A DNA stretch of 64,000 nt from Octopus sinensis (Eukaryota): the NCBI RefSeq assembly GCF_006345805.1, contig NC_043001.1, positions 22,010,001 to 22,074,000 of the forward strand. Direction: 5' to 3'. Both the position numbers and the translations under genes were made by a program. Within the stretch, counting starts at the first letter, position 1. Every line of letters starts with the position of its first letter. This document shows positions 37,401 to 50,635 of the stretch, in pieces. The notes under the pieces are model-generated. The model made no database searches, was not told the DNA's origin, and saw only the letters and a list, made by a program, of their open reading frames with translations.

Positions 37401-38344
37401 GAAATTTATAATATGGAAGACATTTGGGAGTTTCTGCTGGACAACCTATTGAGGGCAGCAGACTAAACTTATGGCCAATGTAAGGTCCCTGACAAAACAA
37501 GGATGATATGATAGTGGAATAGTCTCGTAGATGAGCCATAAAGGCTGAGAGATAGGCTTGGAAAGTCTGGGAGGGAACAGCAAAGAGCAATATCAAATCG
37601 TTGTGGTACTCTGTTTGTTACGACGACAACGTGGGTTCCAGTTGATCCGATCAATGGAACAGCCTGCTCGTGAAGTTAATGTGCAAGTAGCTGAGCACTC
37701 CACAAACACATGTACCATTAACGTAGTTCTCGGGGAGATTCAGTGTGACAAGGCTGGCCCTTTGAAATACAGGTACAACAGAAACAGGAAGAAAGAGTGA
37801 GAGAAAGTTGTGGTGAAACAGTACAGCAGGGTTCACCACCACTTCCTGCCGGAACCTTGTGGAGCTTTAGGTGATTTTGCTCAATAAACACACTGAACAC
37901 TCGGTCTGGGAATTGAAACCACAATCCTATGACTGTGAGTCCACTGCCTTAACCACTTGACCATTGTGCCTCCACATCAAATTGTAAGACAAGAAGTTAG
38001 ACATTAGCTTTACTTAGCAAAGGTAGAAATTGAGGATAAGAAGTTTGCCAATTTTCTAAGACGTGGATCAGAAGTGTGGGGTGACAGTTTGTGAGGCAGT
38101 GTGTGAGAAAAAAATCCAGATGTTATTGGGAAGAAATATGTATAGAAGGATAATAACACTCTTGCTCTTAGACTAGAAAGAGTCACAGAAGTGCTGTGAT
38201 AAGAAGTGTTGAACAAGGAGAATGTATGAGAGAAAGCAGGATTTCCTCTATGGAAACCCAACAACCAATAGTTTTTCAAGTTGTCAGCAGTATAGTAGAT
38301 AAGGATTAAGGATATGAGGACAGGAAAGTTATCCAGTGTATCAG

Positions 38345-38835
38345 GATCATCATCATCGTTTAACGTCCGCTTTCCATGTTGGCATGGGTTGGACGTATGA
38401 CTGAGGTCTGGTGAACCAGATGGCTGCACCAGGCTCCAATTTTGATCTGGCAGAGTTTCTACAGCTGGATGCCCTTCCTAATGCCAACCACTCCGAGAGT
38501 GTAGTGGGTGCTTTTATGTGCCACCAGCACGAGGTCCAGTCAGGCGGTACTGGCAATGACCTTGCTCGAATCTTTTTACACATGCCACCGGCACAGGTGC
38601 CAGTGAAGCGACGTTGGTAACGATCACACTCGAATGGTGCCCTTTTACGTGCCATGGCTACGGAAACCAGTTGGCTGCTCTGGCAATGATCACGCTCGGA
38701 TGGTGCTCTTGGCACCCTACTAGCACGGGCACAAGTGCCAGTAAGGTGACGCTGGTAATGATCACGCTCGAATAGCCGCTCTGTCAACAATCACACTCGT
38801 ATGGTGCTCTTTGCACCCCACTAGCACTTATGCCA
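38345..38835 (-). mobile_element. SINE family C with long subrepeat array
   Basis: (CAT)n tail; repeated gatcacgctcg..tggtgctc units. Confidence 0.85.
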
Positions 38836-39954
38836 GTCATCGAATTGATTAACTGCTGAAATGCTTCAAGTGTCTGATGGAGAGGACACAAATTAGTTGT
38901 CTTCACAATAAATCAGGTTGTACAGGAAGCTGTTGGACCTAACAACTAGTATACCAGCAGCTTTATTAACTACTACAAGGGCAAAAGGGACATAATAGAG
39001 AGAGGAAAGTACAAAAGTGTTTTAGATCAGGTAATGAAAGTGACCAAAAGAATTATAATGTAGTTGATGAGCAAGAGAATTATCATAAATGTGATGCAGT
39101 TTAGCTTTATATTAGGAAGAAGTGTGGAATCACATGGCTTAGTGGTTAGGGTGTCAGCATCATGATCATAAGATTGTGGTTTCGATTCCTGGACCAGGCG
39201 ATGCATTGTGTTCTTGAGCAAAACACTTCATTTCACGTTGCTCCAGTCCACTCAGCTGGCAAAAATGAGTAACGCTGCAACGAACTGGTGCCCCATCCAG
39301 CTGGGAAATACATACACCATAGAAACCGGGAAACTGGGTCCATGAGCCTGACTAGACTTTAAAAAAGGGCGCATTTATTTTTATATTTAGGAAGAAGTAC
39401 TATTGATGTTCTCTTCCTAGTGAGACAGCTGTAGGTGAAGTATTTAGTCAGAAGTACACCCACTTCCTATACTTGGTATTTGTCAACCTAGTGAACGCTT
39501 TAGTGAAGGTATGTAGCTTAGTGGTTAGGGTAATTTGGCTCATGATCATAAGGTCATGAGTTCAATTCCCAGCTCTGCACTGTGTCTTTGAGCGAGACAT
39601 TTTATTTCATGTTGCTCCAGTCGACTCAGTGAACAAAAATCTGTACCTTTATTTCAAAGGGCCAGCCTTGTCACGTTATGTGTCATGTTGGATCTTCCTA
39701 AGAACTACCTTAAGGGTATGGGTGTCTGTGGAGTGCTCAGCCACTTGCACATTAATTTCACAAGCAGGCTGTTCTGTTGATTGGATCAACCAGAACTGTT
39801 GTCGCAACTGATGGAGTGCTAGTTGAAAGCTTTGATTAAGTTCCATGCTCTGTGGTCTGGAGGTCATTGAGAAAGCTTGAATTAGATGAATGGCTTGTAA
39901 GAGTTGTACAAGCAACTTACAGTGATACAGTTGGTATGGTGAAAGTTAGTAATG

Positions 39955-40403
39955 AGTGGCACCTTGGGCAAGTATCTTCTACTATAGCCTCAGGCCGACC
40001 AAAACCTTGTGAGTTGATTTGGTAGACGGAAACTGAAAGAATCCCGTCGCATATATATATATATATATATAACAAAGTGAAGTTGTAAGATACCGCACGA
40101 GTGGAAATATATATGAAAGAAGGTTTGAAAATGCAAATTTAAAAGGTGTTTGCATTTTCAAACCTTCTTTTATATATATATATATATGTATGTATGTATG
40201 TTTGTCTGTCTGTGTTTGTCCCCCCAACATAGCTTGACAACCGATAATGGTGTGTTTACGTCCCCCGTAACTTAGCGGTTCGGCAAAACAGACTGATAGA
40301 ATAAGTACTAGGCTTACAAAGAATAAGTCCTGGGGTCAATTTGCTTGACTAAAGGCAGTGCTCCAGCATGGCCGCAATCAAATGACTGAAACAAGTAAAA
40401 GAG
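39955..40403 (+). mobile_element. SINE family A, 5'-truncated
   Basis: Core from ggcaccttgggcaag to gtaaaagag tail. Confidence 0.82.
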
Positions 40404-40621
40404 TAATGAGTAGGGTGATGAATTCAACATGAAGGTGGGAGTACAATGGGGCAAAGTGCTCTGCTCCTTGCTGTTCATTTTAGTCCTTGAAGCCATAACA
40501 GAAGTTTAAGTGGCTGCCTGTGGGAACTCCTGTGTGCTGGATACTTAGTTCTTATAGCTGAATCTGTCACAGAATTAGGAAAGACATTCTAGGCATGGAA
40601 GCAAAACCTAGAATCAAAAGG

Positions 40622-41090
40622 CATCATCATCATCATCGTTTAATGTCTGTTTTCCATGCTAGCATGGGTTGGACGGTTCGACCAGGGTCTGGGAAGGCAG
40701 GAGGCTGCACCAGATTCCAGTCTGATCTGGCAGTGTTTCTACAGCTGGATGCCCTTCCTAACGCCAACCACTCTGTGAGTGTAGTGGGTGCTCTTTACAT
40801 GCCACTGGCACAGGTGCCAGGGGAGGCTAGCAGTGGCCACGATTGGTTAGTGCTTTTTACATGCCATCAGCACAGAAGCCAGGCAAGGCAGCACTGGTAT
40901 CGGCCATGTTTGGATGGTGCTTTTTACGTGCCACCAGCATAGGTATCACAACTACAATTTCCATTTGATTATTTATTTTGATGTTGAATGGTAATTGTAG
41001 TTTTGATACCTGTGCCGGTGGCACGTAAGAAGCACCATCCGAATGTGGCCGATACCAGCCTCCCCTGGCACCTGTACCGGTGGCTAGCAA
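40622..41090 (-). mobile_element. SINE family C
   Basis: (CAT)n tail, core and subrepeats; the distal part forms an inverted repeat. Confidence 0.8.
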
Positions 41091-41252
41091 TGACTTTCTA
41101 TAGCTAGATGCCTGACCTCTCACCAAAACAAACTTGTTCCCAAGCAAGATGATATTAGCCCATCACCAGACATGGTCTTATGGAAAGACGTGGAAGGCAT
41201 TCACTGATTATGCTTAATGTGTCACTAATTTTTATGTCTATTTCAATAAAAA

Positions 41253-41644
41253 TCTCTATCTCTATATATATAAAGCTGAAGTTGTCTGTGTGTGTATGGC
41301 AGGTTTGGTAGCCTTCAATTAGCACTATCTCCTCCAAGACCCTGCGGCGCAAGTTGACCAAAATTGAGAGTATGATAGAAAAAGGCTTGCTCTTCCTTCC
41401 GTAGAAGGAAAAATTCAAATCGGACCATGTTAACACCAAAAAATATTTACATCGAAAAGGTGCTTTTTTTCTATGAAAATCCCAATTTTTACGATTTTTT
41501 GACTGCTGTGTTGCCATTTTTCGGTGTATTTCAACCAGAAAAATGTTCACTTAAAGAGAATAACAAGCTACATAATGCAAAATTTTTACTTTTCAAAACT
41601 TCCAATTCGAAACAAACCCGAGCAACGCCGGGTGATACTGCTAG
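41253..41644 (+). mobile_element. Non-autonomous Helitron
   Basis: A|TC..TATATATATAAAG 5' end (start 41253 or 41259); 3' GC hairpin CCCGAGCAACGCCGGG (41617-41632) then CTAG|T. Confidence 0.85.
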
Positions 41645-41724
41645 TGTACATAAAATCCCACGTACCACAAACATGCTAAATTTTGTATGTAATTATTCTA
41701 ACGATTGTCTTCTCTTATCTTCAG

Positions 41725-41820
41725 AGTCTATACAGCAGTGTAATTGCAGTTGGAGGGAATACGCTTTTACAAGGATTCACTGATAGACTTAATAGAGACC
41801 TTAGTACAAAGACTCCACCT
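41725..41820 (+). CDS. ACTL6A: ACTL6/BAF53 internal exon, 96 nt
   Basis: cttcag acceptor, gtaagt donor; [32 protein letters not shown] versus human [32 protein letters not shown]. Confidence 0.97.
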
Positions 41821-43277
41821 GTAAGTAACATTTTTCATGATTAAAATTTTATATTCACAATATTCAAATTCATCTTGTTTTTGTTTTAACCACGTTTTAA
41901 ATATGATCCATATCAATAAACATATATAAAAAAAAAGAGCTCTTTAAAAATCAGCATCATCATCATCATCATCTGCTTTCCATGCTGGCATGGGTTGGAC
42001 AGTTCAACAGGATCTCATTAATTTGAAGACCAAAGTTTCAGTTTTGATATGGTTCCTATGGCTGGATACCCTTCTTGGCTGACAGAAGAGTGTATTGGAT
42101 GCATTTTTTTATAGCACCAGCTCTATAGAGACTGTCTCTGTGCAAGGCTAGAGTATGCACTTGATCCTATGTAGTCTCTGCTTGGTTTGCCAGCCACTTT
42201 ACAGTGTCTACTGGGTGCTTTTTTTCATTACTCTAGCACCAGTGTGATTGCCTTATATTTTCAATGTAAATAAATTATAAAAATAGGTACAGGCATGGCT
42301 GTGTAGTTAAGCAGTTTGCTTCTCAATCATCTGGTCTCGGGTTCCGTCTCACTGTACAGCATCATGGGCAAACGCCTTCTGCTTTCACCCTGGGTCGATC
42401 AAAGCCCTGAAAGAAGCTTGTTGTAGATACGTATGTATGTGTAAAAGCATCATGATTATACGTACCGGTGGCACGTGAAAAAACGAGCAAGGTCGTTTGC
42501 CAGTGCCGCTGGACTGGCTTCTGTGCAGGTGGCATGTAAAAAACACCATTTGAGTGTGGCTGTTGCCAGTACTGCCTGACTGGCCCTCGTGCCAGTGGCA
42601 CATAAAAGCACCCACTACACTCTCTGAATTTGTAGGCCTCCTTTTCTTTCTTTGTTGTCTCTTATGCTACATTGGCCCCAAGCCTTGTTTGGGACAAAAT
42701 CATTAAAAAGAATATATATATATATATAGAAGGGGGTCTGTTCCAGTACACCATGCTTCTAATTGCTGTCAGTCCTCATCTGCTACACACAACATCAGAG
42801 GAAACCAACTTTATTGTTGTATATATATCATGTTTTTTTCTCTATTTTGTATTATTTTTGTAACTGGATGATCTCATCACTAACTACTTAACAACTGGCA
42901 CCAGAGAGGCTATCTGTCAAGACTAAAGATGCCTCTCTAATCTGTATCTGTTTCAAGTTACTGTCCTTCGAGATGAGTTACATTCACTGTGGCCCATGGA
43001 GTGCACGTCATCTCTGTGCAGTTATGGCAAAAACTATTTTGAATACTATTGGATTTATTTGCAGTACCCAATTTCCATTTAGATTTGTCTTCATTGCAGT
43101 TGAGAAGTTGCGTCTCTCTGTTATGTAGGGACTGTGTTTAGCTATGAAGAGGATTCATAGTGGCAGCCATAAGACATTAAGAATAAAGGTTGTCTTCATA
43201 GTTTTGAGAGAGGACTTGGTTACCTAATTGAAAACAAAACAACTTCTATTGTGCTGGTATCTGGGAAAAATGCACTG

Positions 43278-43572
43278 TCATCATCATCATTATCATCATC
43301 GTTTAACGTCCGCTTTCCATGCTAGCATGGGTTGGATGATTTGACTGAGATCTGGCGAACCAGATGGCTGCACCAGGCCCCAATCTGATCTGGCAGAGTT
43401 TCTACAGCTGGATGCTCTTCCTAATGCCAACCACTCCGAGAGTGTAGTGGGTGCTTTTATGTGCCACCAGCACGAGGGCCAGACAGGCGGTACTGGCAAC
43501 GGCCACGCTCAAATGGTGCTTTTTACGTGCCACCTGCACACGAGCCAGTCCAGAAGCACTGGCAATGACCAG
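43278..43572 (-). mobile_element. SINE family C
   Basis: Tail, core and subrepeats. Confidence 0.85.
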
Positions 43573-44325
43573 AATTGATATCCTAAAACCACCTTAATAC
43601 AACATTTTAAATTAATTTTATTCCTTGATCACCCCAACCAAAGTTATTTACAAATAAATTATATATATATATAATCTATATAATAACAAAATGGTTGATG
43701 TTAGGAAGGGCATCCTGCTGTAGAAACCTTGTCAAAAGTGAGACTCTGGAGCAAAATGGGATCCTCAGACTCATCTGACCCTGTTGAATTATCCAATCCA
43801 TGCTAGCATGGAAAGTAGATGTAGAATAGGGATGATGATGATGATGATCTAAGGTTGCGAGGCAAAAGGTTGTTTCTGTTTATGTAGGTAAAAGGAGAAA
43901 GAAATCTAACGATGGTTGTCTGAGCTGGTTAGGAGTGAGACTGCCTCTGTGTCGTTAGGTAAATTTGACAGTTTACTTACCAGCTTAGGGTGTAGAAAAG
44001 TGGAGATGCATTTGATGTGGTTGCACATCTCTGTGTGATTAAGACAAACCTTTTCATCAGCCGTTGAGATTGTTCAGTCACCTTCATTGTATGGATGAGA
44101 AGTCCTGTCTATCTAGGAAGTAGGAAGGGAGTTTAGCTGCTAGGCAAGCTCAGAGTAGCAGCTTAAGGTTGGTTGTTTATCTACCAAAGAAATTTATTGT
44201 AAAATACTAATGGCAATTAAGTTTAAGGCTGTCAAGAAGAATGCAAAGGTAGCTATATCAAATGATGTTTATCTAGTTAATAATATGTTCTTGTACAAAG
44301 ATGTTAATAACTGAAATTTTATATA

Positions 44326-44836
44326 CCGTAAATCCTTGAGTATAGTCCACCCTTGAATATAATACACAGGGGATTTTTAGGGGGCTGTACCTCTGAAAAA
44401 CCTAAACCTTGTGTATAATACGCATCCCTTCTCTAACTTGAGTCAAGAAGGTCTATATAACGTCTTTGGTTTGTAAAACTGTATACGGTAACGTCCTTTA
44501 TTATTATTGTATATATAACATAATGCAAACGTGTAGCTTTTTTGTGCATTTTGTATGCAGAAAATAAAGAAATAACAGTAATAACGTTTAATAAATGTTG
44601 CTTATTGCAAGTTATGGATGGTTCTTTTATGGCTTCATTGCTTTCAAGCTTAGCTTAAGGTATTTTTGCGCCCGACATCACAAAATGCGTCTGAATAGAC
44701 ATTGCCAGACAGCAAATAGAGACTCAAACATTGCTTAGAAAATATTTTTCATTTTTAACCTCGTATATAGTACGCACTAGGGATTTTGACCTTTAAATTT
44801 GGGGAAAAAATGCGGATTATACTCGAGGATTTACGG
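44326..44836. mobile_element. Tc1/mariner-superfamily (Tc2/pogo-like) MITE
   Basis: TA|CCGTAAATCCTTGAGTATAGTCC ... GGATTATACTCGAGGATTTACGG|TA. Confidence 0.88.
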
Positions 44837-45199
44837 TATTAATTGCTAATAGTCATTATAAAACAATATTCATGATTCTTCATCATTTAACATTTGTTTT
44901 CCATGCTGGTGTGGGTTGGACAGTTTAACAGAAGCCACACTAAGTTCCACTGTCTTTTTTGCCTTGGTTTCTACAGCTTGATTCCCTTCCTAATGCCCAC
45001 CACTCTATAGAGTGTATTGGGTGCCTTTTATGTAGCACCAATGCTTTTCAGATGGTACCAGCACCAGTGCTTTTCATGTGGCACCAGTGCTTTTGGGTAT
45101 TGAGGGATGAAATGTGGATGGTGAGAAAAAGTTGACAGAGCAGAGCCCCTCATGGACAGGAATTACCAAGGTGGTTTTAGGATATCAATTCTTTTCTGG

Positions 45200-45335
45200 T
45201 GGGCAGGTCTTCTTGCATACAGCAATTGTGCTATATATCTCAGCCGTTTGTCATCTCCTTCATAAGGCTCAGCATTTTGAGATTGGTCTTCAATACTTTG
45301 TCCCACGTCTTCTTGGGTTTCTCTCTTCAGTTTTA
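45200..45335 (-). mobile_element. RTE LINE 3' fragment
   Basis: KPKKTWDKVLKTNLKMLSL..EMT, the RTE RGRPRKTW motif region. Confidence 0.55.
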
Positions 45336-45689
45336 TAATATCCCATGTTCTATATGTAATTTTGAGTTGTAGGGTTGATGGAATTGGTTTGTCCTCTCCA
45401 TCAAAATTACTGACCTTGTGCCAAAATAAGAAAGAATTATTATTATTGAGTTGGCACGATCGTTAGAGTGTGGAAAAAAGTACTTTATAGTATTTCTTCC
45501 AGCTCTTTGTGTTCTGAGTTCAAATCATGTTGAGGTCAACTTTGCGTTTCATAGGGTCAATAAAATAAAGTACTAGTCTGATCATTCATTAACTGCTATT
45601 AACAATTTCAGATGTAAACTGGTTTTGTTGTCTTCAACTGCCAGTCATTGGTATTCCACACCCAAAATCCATGTTTTCATTGTCTGAAC

Positions 45690-46536
45690 GTATTTAGCTA
45701 AATTTTAACACCATCTCCTTTGAAATAGTCACCTTGCACAGCAATATAGTAGTCCCAGCATTCCTACCACTTTTGGAATCTGTCCTGGAAGTTGTTTCTG
45801 TAAGCAAGTCGAGAACCTTCTGTGATTCGCTCTTGATCTTGACAACAGTGTTAAATCAGCAACCTTTGAGCTGCATTTTCATCTTGGGGAAGAGATGGAA
45901 GCCCACAAGTGCTAAATCTGGCGAATAGGTGAGTGTGGAAGTGATACCATGTTTTTGGCAAGAAACTCATGAGTGAGGAGAGCTTGGTGACAGAGTGCAT
46001 TGTCATTGTGAAGAATCCAATTCTTTGCGATCCACAGATCTGGTTGCTTTTGCTGAACGCCTTCCCTCAAATGTTTCAAAGTGTCGTTGATTGTTCTTTG
46101 ATGATCTTCATCCACAAGCTGATGAATTTTCTCCACATTTCTGAGGTTGATGCTCGTGGCAGGTCTTCTAGATCACTCATTGTCTTCCAGGGATGTTCTA
46201 CTTTTGAAGTGTCTGTGCCACTCAAAACATTGCATATGATTCATTGCCTCATTGCTGTAAACTTGCCGAAGCATGCTCAATCACTCTGTAGCAGACTTCT
46301 CAAGTTTAATGCAAAATTTCGTGTTGGCTCTTTCTTCCTGTCCATGACAAAAATCGCAGACTACAGCATACATGTGATCACAAAAACACAAATTTCACAA
46401 CTTGTGAAATAAACACAGCGATGTCACTTGGCACATTGCCTCATGAAGGTCACTGCTAGCTCTCACCACAAATGCAACCATCTGCCATTGCACTACAGAA
46501 CTAATCTGGGAACTTTTTGATACCACCACCTTGTAC
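45690..46536 (-). mobile_element. Mariner, internally deleted
   Basis: TIR-like tacaaggtggtggtatcaaaaagttcc at right; N-terminal HTH (CFEWHRHFK..RPATS) and WILHNDNA..HSPYSPDLA on the minus strand. Confidence 0.82.
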
Positions 46537-48358
46537 ACAAAATATTTTTGTCCCTGTGTACATTATAATTATTGATCTCAGTTAAAACTTTCCATTAAAA
46601 TTTCATGTTAATTTATGTTCCAAATACTAGCTTAACAACGATGAAATTATTTTACTAAATTCTTCATTATTTTCAAAAATATTTAAGATAAAGGCTTTGC
46701 ATTTCAACAGAAATATGGTGACAGAAGGGGTTAAATTTTCATTTTATTGAATGCTAAATCAACATCTTGGCACTAAGTCATATAACTGGCTGCTCAGTCT
46801 CAATAGATATTAAGTATTCTTGATCTAATTAACATTTGGGATAGAGAGATACCAGCATAGACTAACAAAGAAATTTTCAAAGGTTTGACATCATTAGCAA
46901 AGACAAAGAATATAAATGTTTTTGTTCTAAAATATATTGTTCGAAAGGTGGTAGGAAAGTTATGGTAGTACATCATCATCATTTTTAACATCCACTTTAT
47001 CATGCTTGCATGGGTTAGACAGAGTTTTATTGATGCAAATTTTCTGCAGCTGGATGCCTTTCCTGTCAACAACCATACTGCTTTCCAAGTAAGGTAATAA
47101 TTCAAGAGCTAACTTACTTTTGCAGAAATAGTGGATATGACTGACATTCAAAGGGCATCCAGTTGTAGAAACTCTGCCAGATCTGATTGGAGCCTGGTGC
47201 AGCCATTTGGTTCACCAGTCCTCGGTCAAATCATCCTACCCATGCTAGCATGGAAAGCGGATGTTAAATGACGATGATGATGTTGAAACCAGTCAGATTT
47301 GGCCTCTCACAATGTCATTCTAAAAATAAACTATCATATCAAGATTTTGAAAAAAATGAGATAATGGATGATTAATTCAAAACAATGTGAACAAGAGCAT
47401 TCAGAGAGCGCAAACCCCTGCCAAGGCAACACCAGCGTCCTCTCAACGATTAGCTGGAGATGAATTTTAAAATGAGAATATCTGAAATAAACTTGACTGC
47501 TCTCACAAACGAAAGTACTAAAAATGAACCTGACCTCTCTCAAACATTAGGTAAAAAAAAAAAAAAAAAGGCGGGAAAACAATCCAGAATCCTTGTTCAG
47601 TACCAGATCAATCCCCAAATCTTATCAGTTCATGCCAGTCATAAGACCAAACATCCCTGAAAGTTTCATCCAAATTCATCCAGCAGTTCTTGAAAACATG
47701 ATTGAAAATAGTACCTTCACCTTTGCTAAGGCAGAGGTAATAAATAAGCGTTACCTTTGATTGAGTAATTTCAAAATTATTTGAAACAAAAGGAATATAT
47801 TTGAATATTAATTTTCTACCAATGCACTAATTGTATTTTCTCCCTTTTGTATCTTTCGTTAAGTCTTTTATCTTTTAATCTAATAATAGTGATGATTATG
47901 CATTGTTATGTATACATATAGGACAAAGAAAAAAAACTTCCTCTTGTCTCATGTTTTTCTAAGTTGGTGAAACTCACCTGTCAGTGAAGGTGATCACTTC
48001 ACTGAAGTAATAAAATTAATTACTTACTCTGAAAATGTAAGTGGAAAGTGGGTTGGGGAGAAAGAAAGAAAGAGAGAGAGAAGGGCTACGGGAATTGATT
48101 ATTTATTATTCATTGACAAGACTTTGTTCAGCCCACTGAAAATAGCAGCCAAAATTCTCAGATCACACTTTACATACAGTCTTAAAAGCTGTATTATGCT
48201 GTAGTTTGTATAATAGTATACAAGTGACTGGATTTGTTATGACATGAATGCCTTTGATCTCCATTTTGTTGACTATGACTCATATAGAACGACAACAACA
48301 AAATTTATTTTGATCCAACAAAGGAAAGCTTCTGCATTCGTATACGAACTTCTACATA

Positions 48359-49219
48359 TGAGGTCTGATCAATAAGTATCTGGGCTGTTGCCATAGCAAT
48401 GAAGGTAAAGCACGCAGAGTGAAGCTGCTTGGCGCAGATAGACCTTGAACTCTGCTGTGCATGTACAGTAAGTTTTAACATTTTAGCTCACTTCCGCTGT
48501 TTACAGCAGTGCTTGGAAGAAAGGTGTGTAGCGTGTGCTCATCACATTGACCATGACAGTGAAAGTTGAGCAGATAATCTCCATCAAATTTGGTCAAAAG
48601 CCTGGCAATATCTACTCAGGTGCCTATGCAAGTTTCCAAAAAGTATTCATCACTTTCGACACAATCATGATCTTGTGCAACTGAAATCCGAGTGTCTTTT
48701 TGGTCAGTTGAAAGCAGTTTTGGTACAAACTTGGCAGACATGTGTCTCGTACCCAAATCTTCAGTGATAATGGACTGAACTAATCTGTGCATCTTCTGAT
48801 AACTCACGGATGGTGATTCGATGATTTCCTCTCACAGCTTCACACACATCTGCAATGTTTTTCTCAGTTCTGCTGGTTGCGGGTCTCCCAGAACGTTTGA
48901 CAATATCAACATTTTTTTTCAGCCATCTTGGAAACATCTGAACCACTTGTGGACAGCTCATACACTTTCTGAAACTTTGCGTAGGCCTCTGAGCAGGTAT
49001 TATCCTGACAATTTTCTCTGTCATGGTCAGTGTGGCGATCACACACTACACACCTTCCTTTCAAGCATCGCTGTAAACAGCGGAAGTTAGCTAGAATGTT
49101 AAAACTTAGTGCACATATACAACAGAGTTAATGGCACAATCTGTGCCAAATGGCTTCACTATGTGTGCTTTAGCTTTGTTACTATGGCAACAGTCCAGAT
49201 ACTTATTGATCAGACCTCG
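48359..49219. mobile_element. Mariner foldback built from two 5' ends
   Basis: TIR (T/C)GAGGTCTGATCAATAAGTATC with TA at both ends; each arm carries the 5'UTR and transposase start, facing inward. Confidence 0.88.
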
Positions 49220-49223
49220 TATA

Positions 49224-49400
49224 CAGTGATCCCTCGTTTATCGCAGTAGATTGGTTCTGAGACCGGCCAAGATAACTGAATTTCCGCGAAGTAGGGACAC
49301 CATATTTACAGTATTTATTTAACGTATATTTGAATTTTTAAAACCCTCCCTGTACTGTTAACAACCCACCCATTACAGTAGTCTGTTAATAACAAGGGCA
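49224..49400 (+). mobile_element. Tigger/pogo-like left end
   Basis: TA|CAGTGATCCCTCGTTTATCGC terminus. Confidence 0.55.
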
Positions 49401-50252
49401 ACTGTTAAGCAATAACACTTTAGATTTAAAAAAAATAAAGATTGTTACTGTTACACAGACCAGATTACGCTTGTACTTCGAGTAGGTCTATATGTTATAA
49501 CTGGTTTATATTAAAGAATAAAGACATTGTGAGTCGGAGTTGGTATAGTTTTACCGACTCTGACTATTCTTTAATTGTTTCCAACTCTGACTCTGCAACC
49601 TTGTTGGAAACCGATGAGGTCAGCAATGGGAAAGGCATCCAGCTATAGAAAATCTGGCTCAGTAAATTCCATCTGAGCCATGCCAGCCTGGAACAATAGA
49701 CATTAAAATGACAATGACGATTCTTTTCATTTCTGTGTCTTTGTCCTTTTTGATATTGTGTTTTTGTCAATGTATATATTTTTAAAAGTAACTCTATTAT
49801 TACTTTTCCCAAACTACTTTTTGTTTGGGAAATGTTTTTTTCTTTCTTATCTCTGAATTATTTGTTCTCAAATTGGCTTGTCATTTCTTGACAATTTAAG
49901 TCATTTTAATACAGGATATAATTTGCCCATTGTAGATTTATTCCAGCATATTTCTTGTTCGAGGTCAGCAAAAATAAAATAAAAAAACGATAGTGAGGTT
50001 TCTTGAAAAATTATTCTTTCCAAAATAGCACAATCTGTTTTTTTTTTTCCTTCCTTCTGTCTTTACTTTTCTTGATTGCCCTTTTTCTTTTCCTTATTCT
50101 TAATGCTTTTGCTGTTTCTTTGGTCACAGACAGTATATTTGAGATAAAGTCTAAATGTCCCAATATCTAAGAACAAATTAGGCAGTCAAAAGCGCTGCTT
50201 CTTTCCTGTCTATTGTAAACAGCCCACTTGGTTTAGTAATAACTGTCACCCC

Positions 50253-50254
<2 letters not shown>

Positions 50255-50338
<84 letters not shown>
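50255..50338. repeat. Compound (CT)n(AT)n microsatellite
   Basis: Seen directly. Confidence 0.95.
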
Positions 50339-50340
<2 letters not shown>

Positions 50341-50635
50341 CCATCTTGTGTATGTTTTCATTCTGTGAAACCATATTGTCATTCTTTCAGATAAACTGTT
50401 GGAAAGAATGAATGTTTGTGCTTCTTAGTTTGTTAGGAAACAGTCTGTTCTTCTTCTCCTTCTCCTCCTCCTAAACAAAATGCTTCTGACATTTTGTACT
50501 GTCTTGGTGATCCAGGTTCAAATTCTGCCGGGATTAACTTTGCCTTCCATTTTTTGGGGTTGATAAAATAAGTACCACTTGAGCTCTGGCATCAACTACA
50601 CCCTTCCCCACAAAAATTTACGGTCTTGTGCCTTG

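Noticed and set aside
47390-47700. aacaagagcattcagagagcgcaaacccctgccaagg element (possible Helentron-type repeat)
   Set aside because: Looks like an interspersed repeat, but no diagnostic termini could be confirmed
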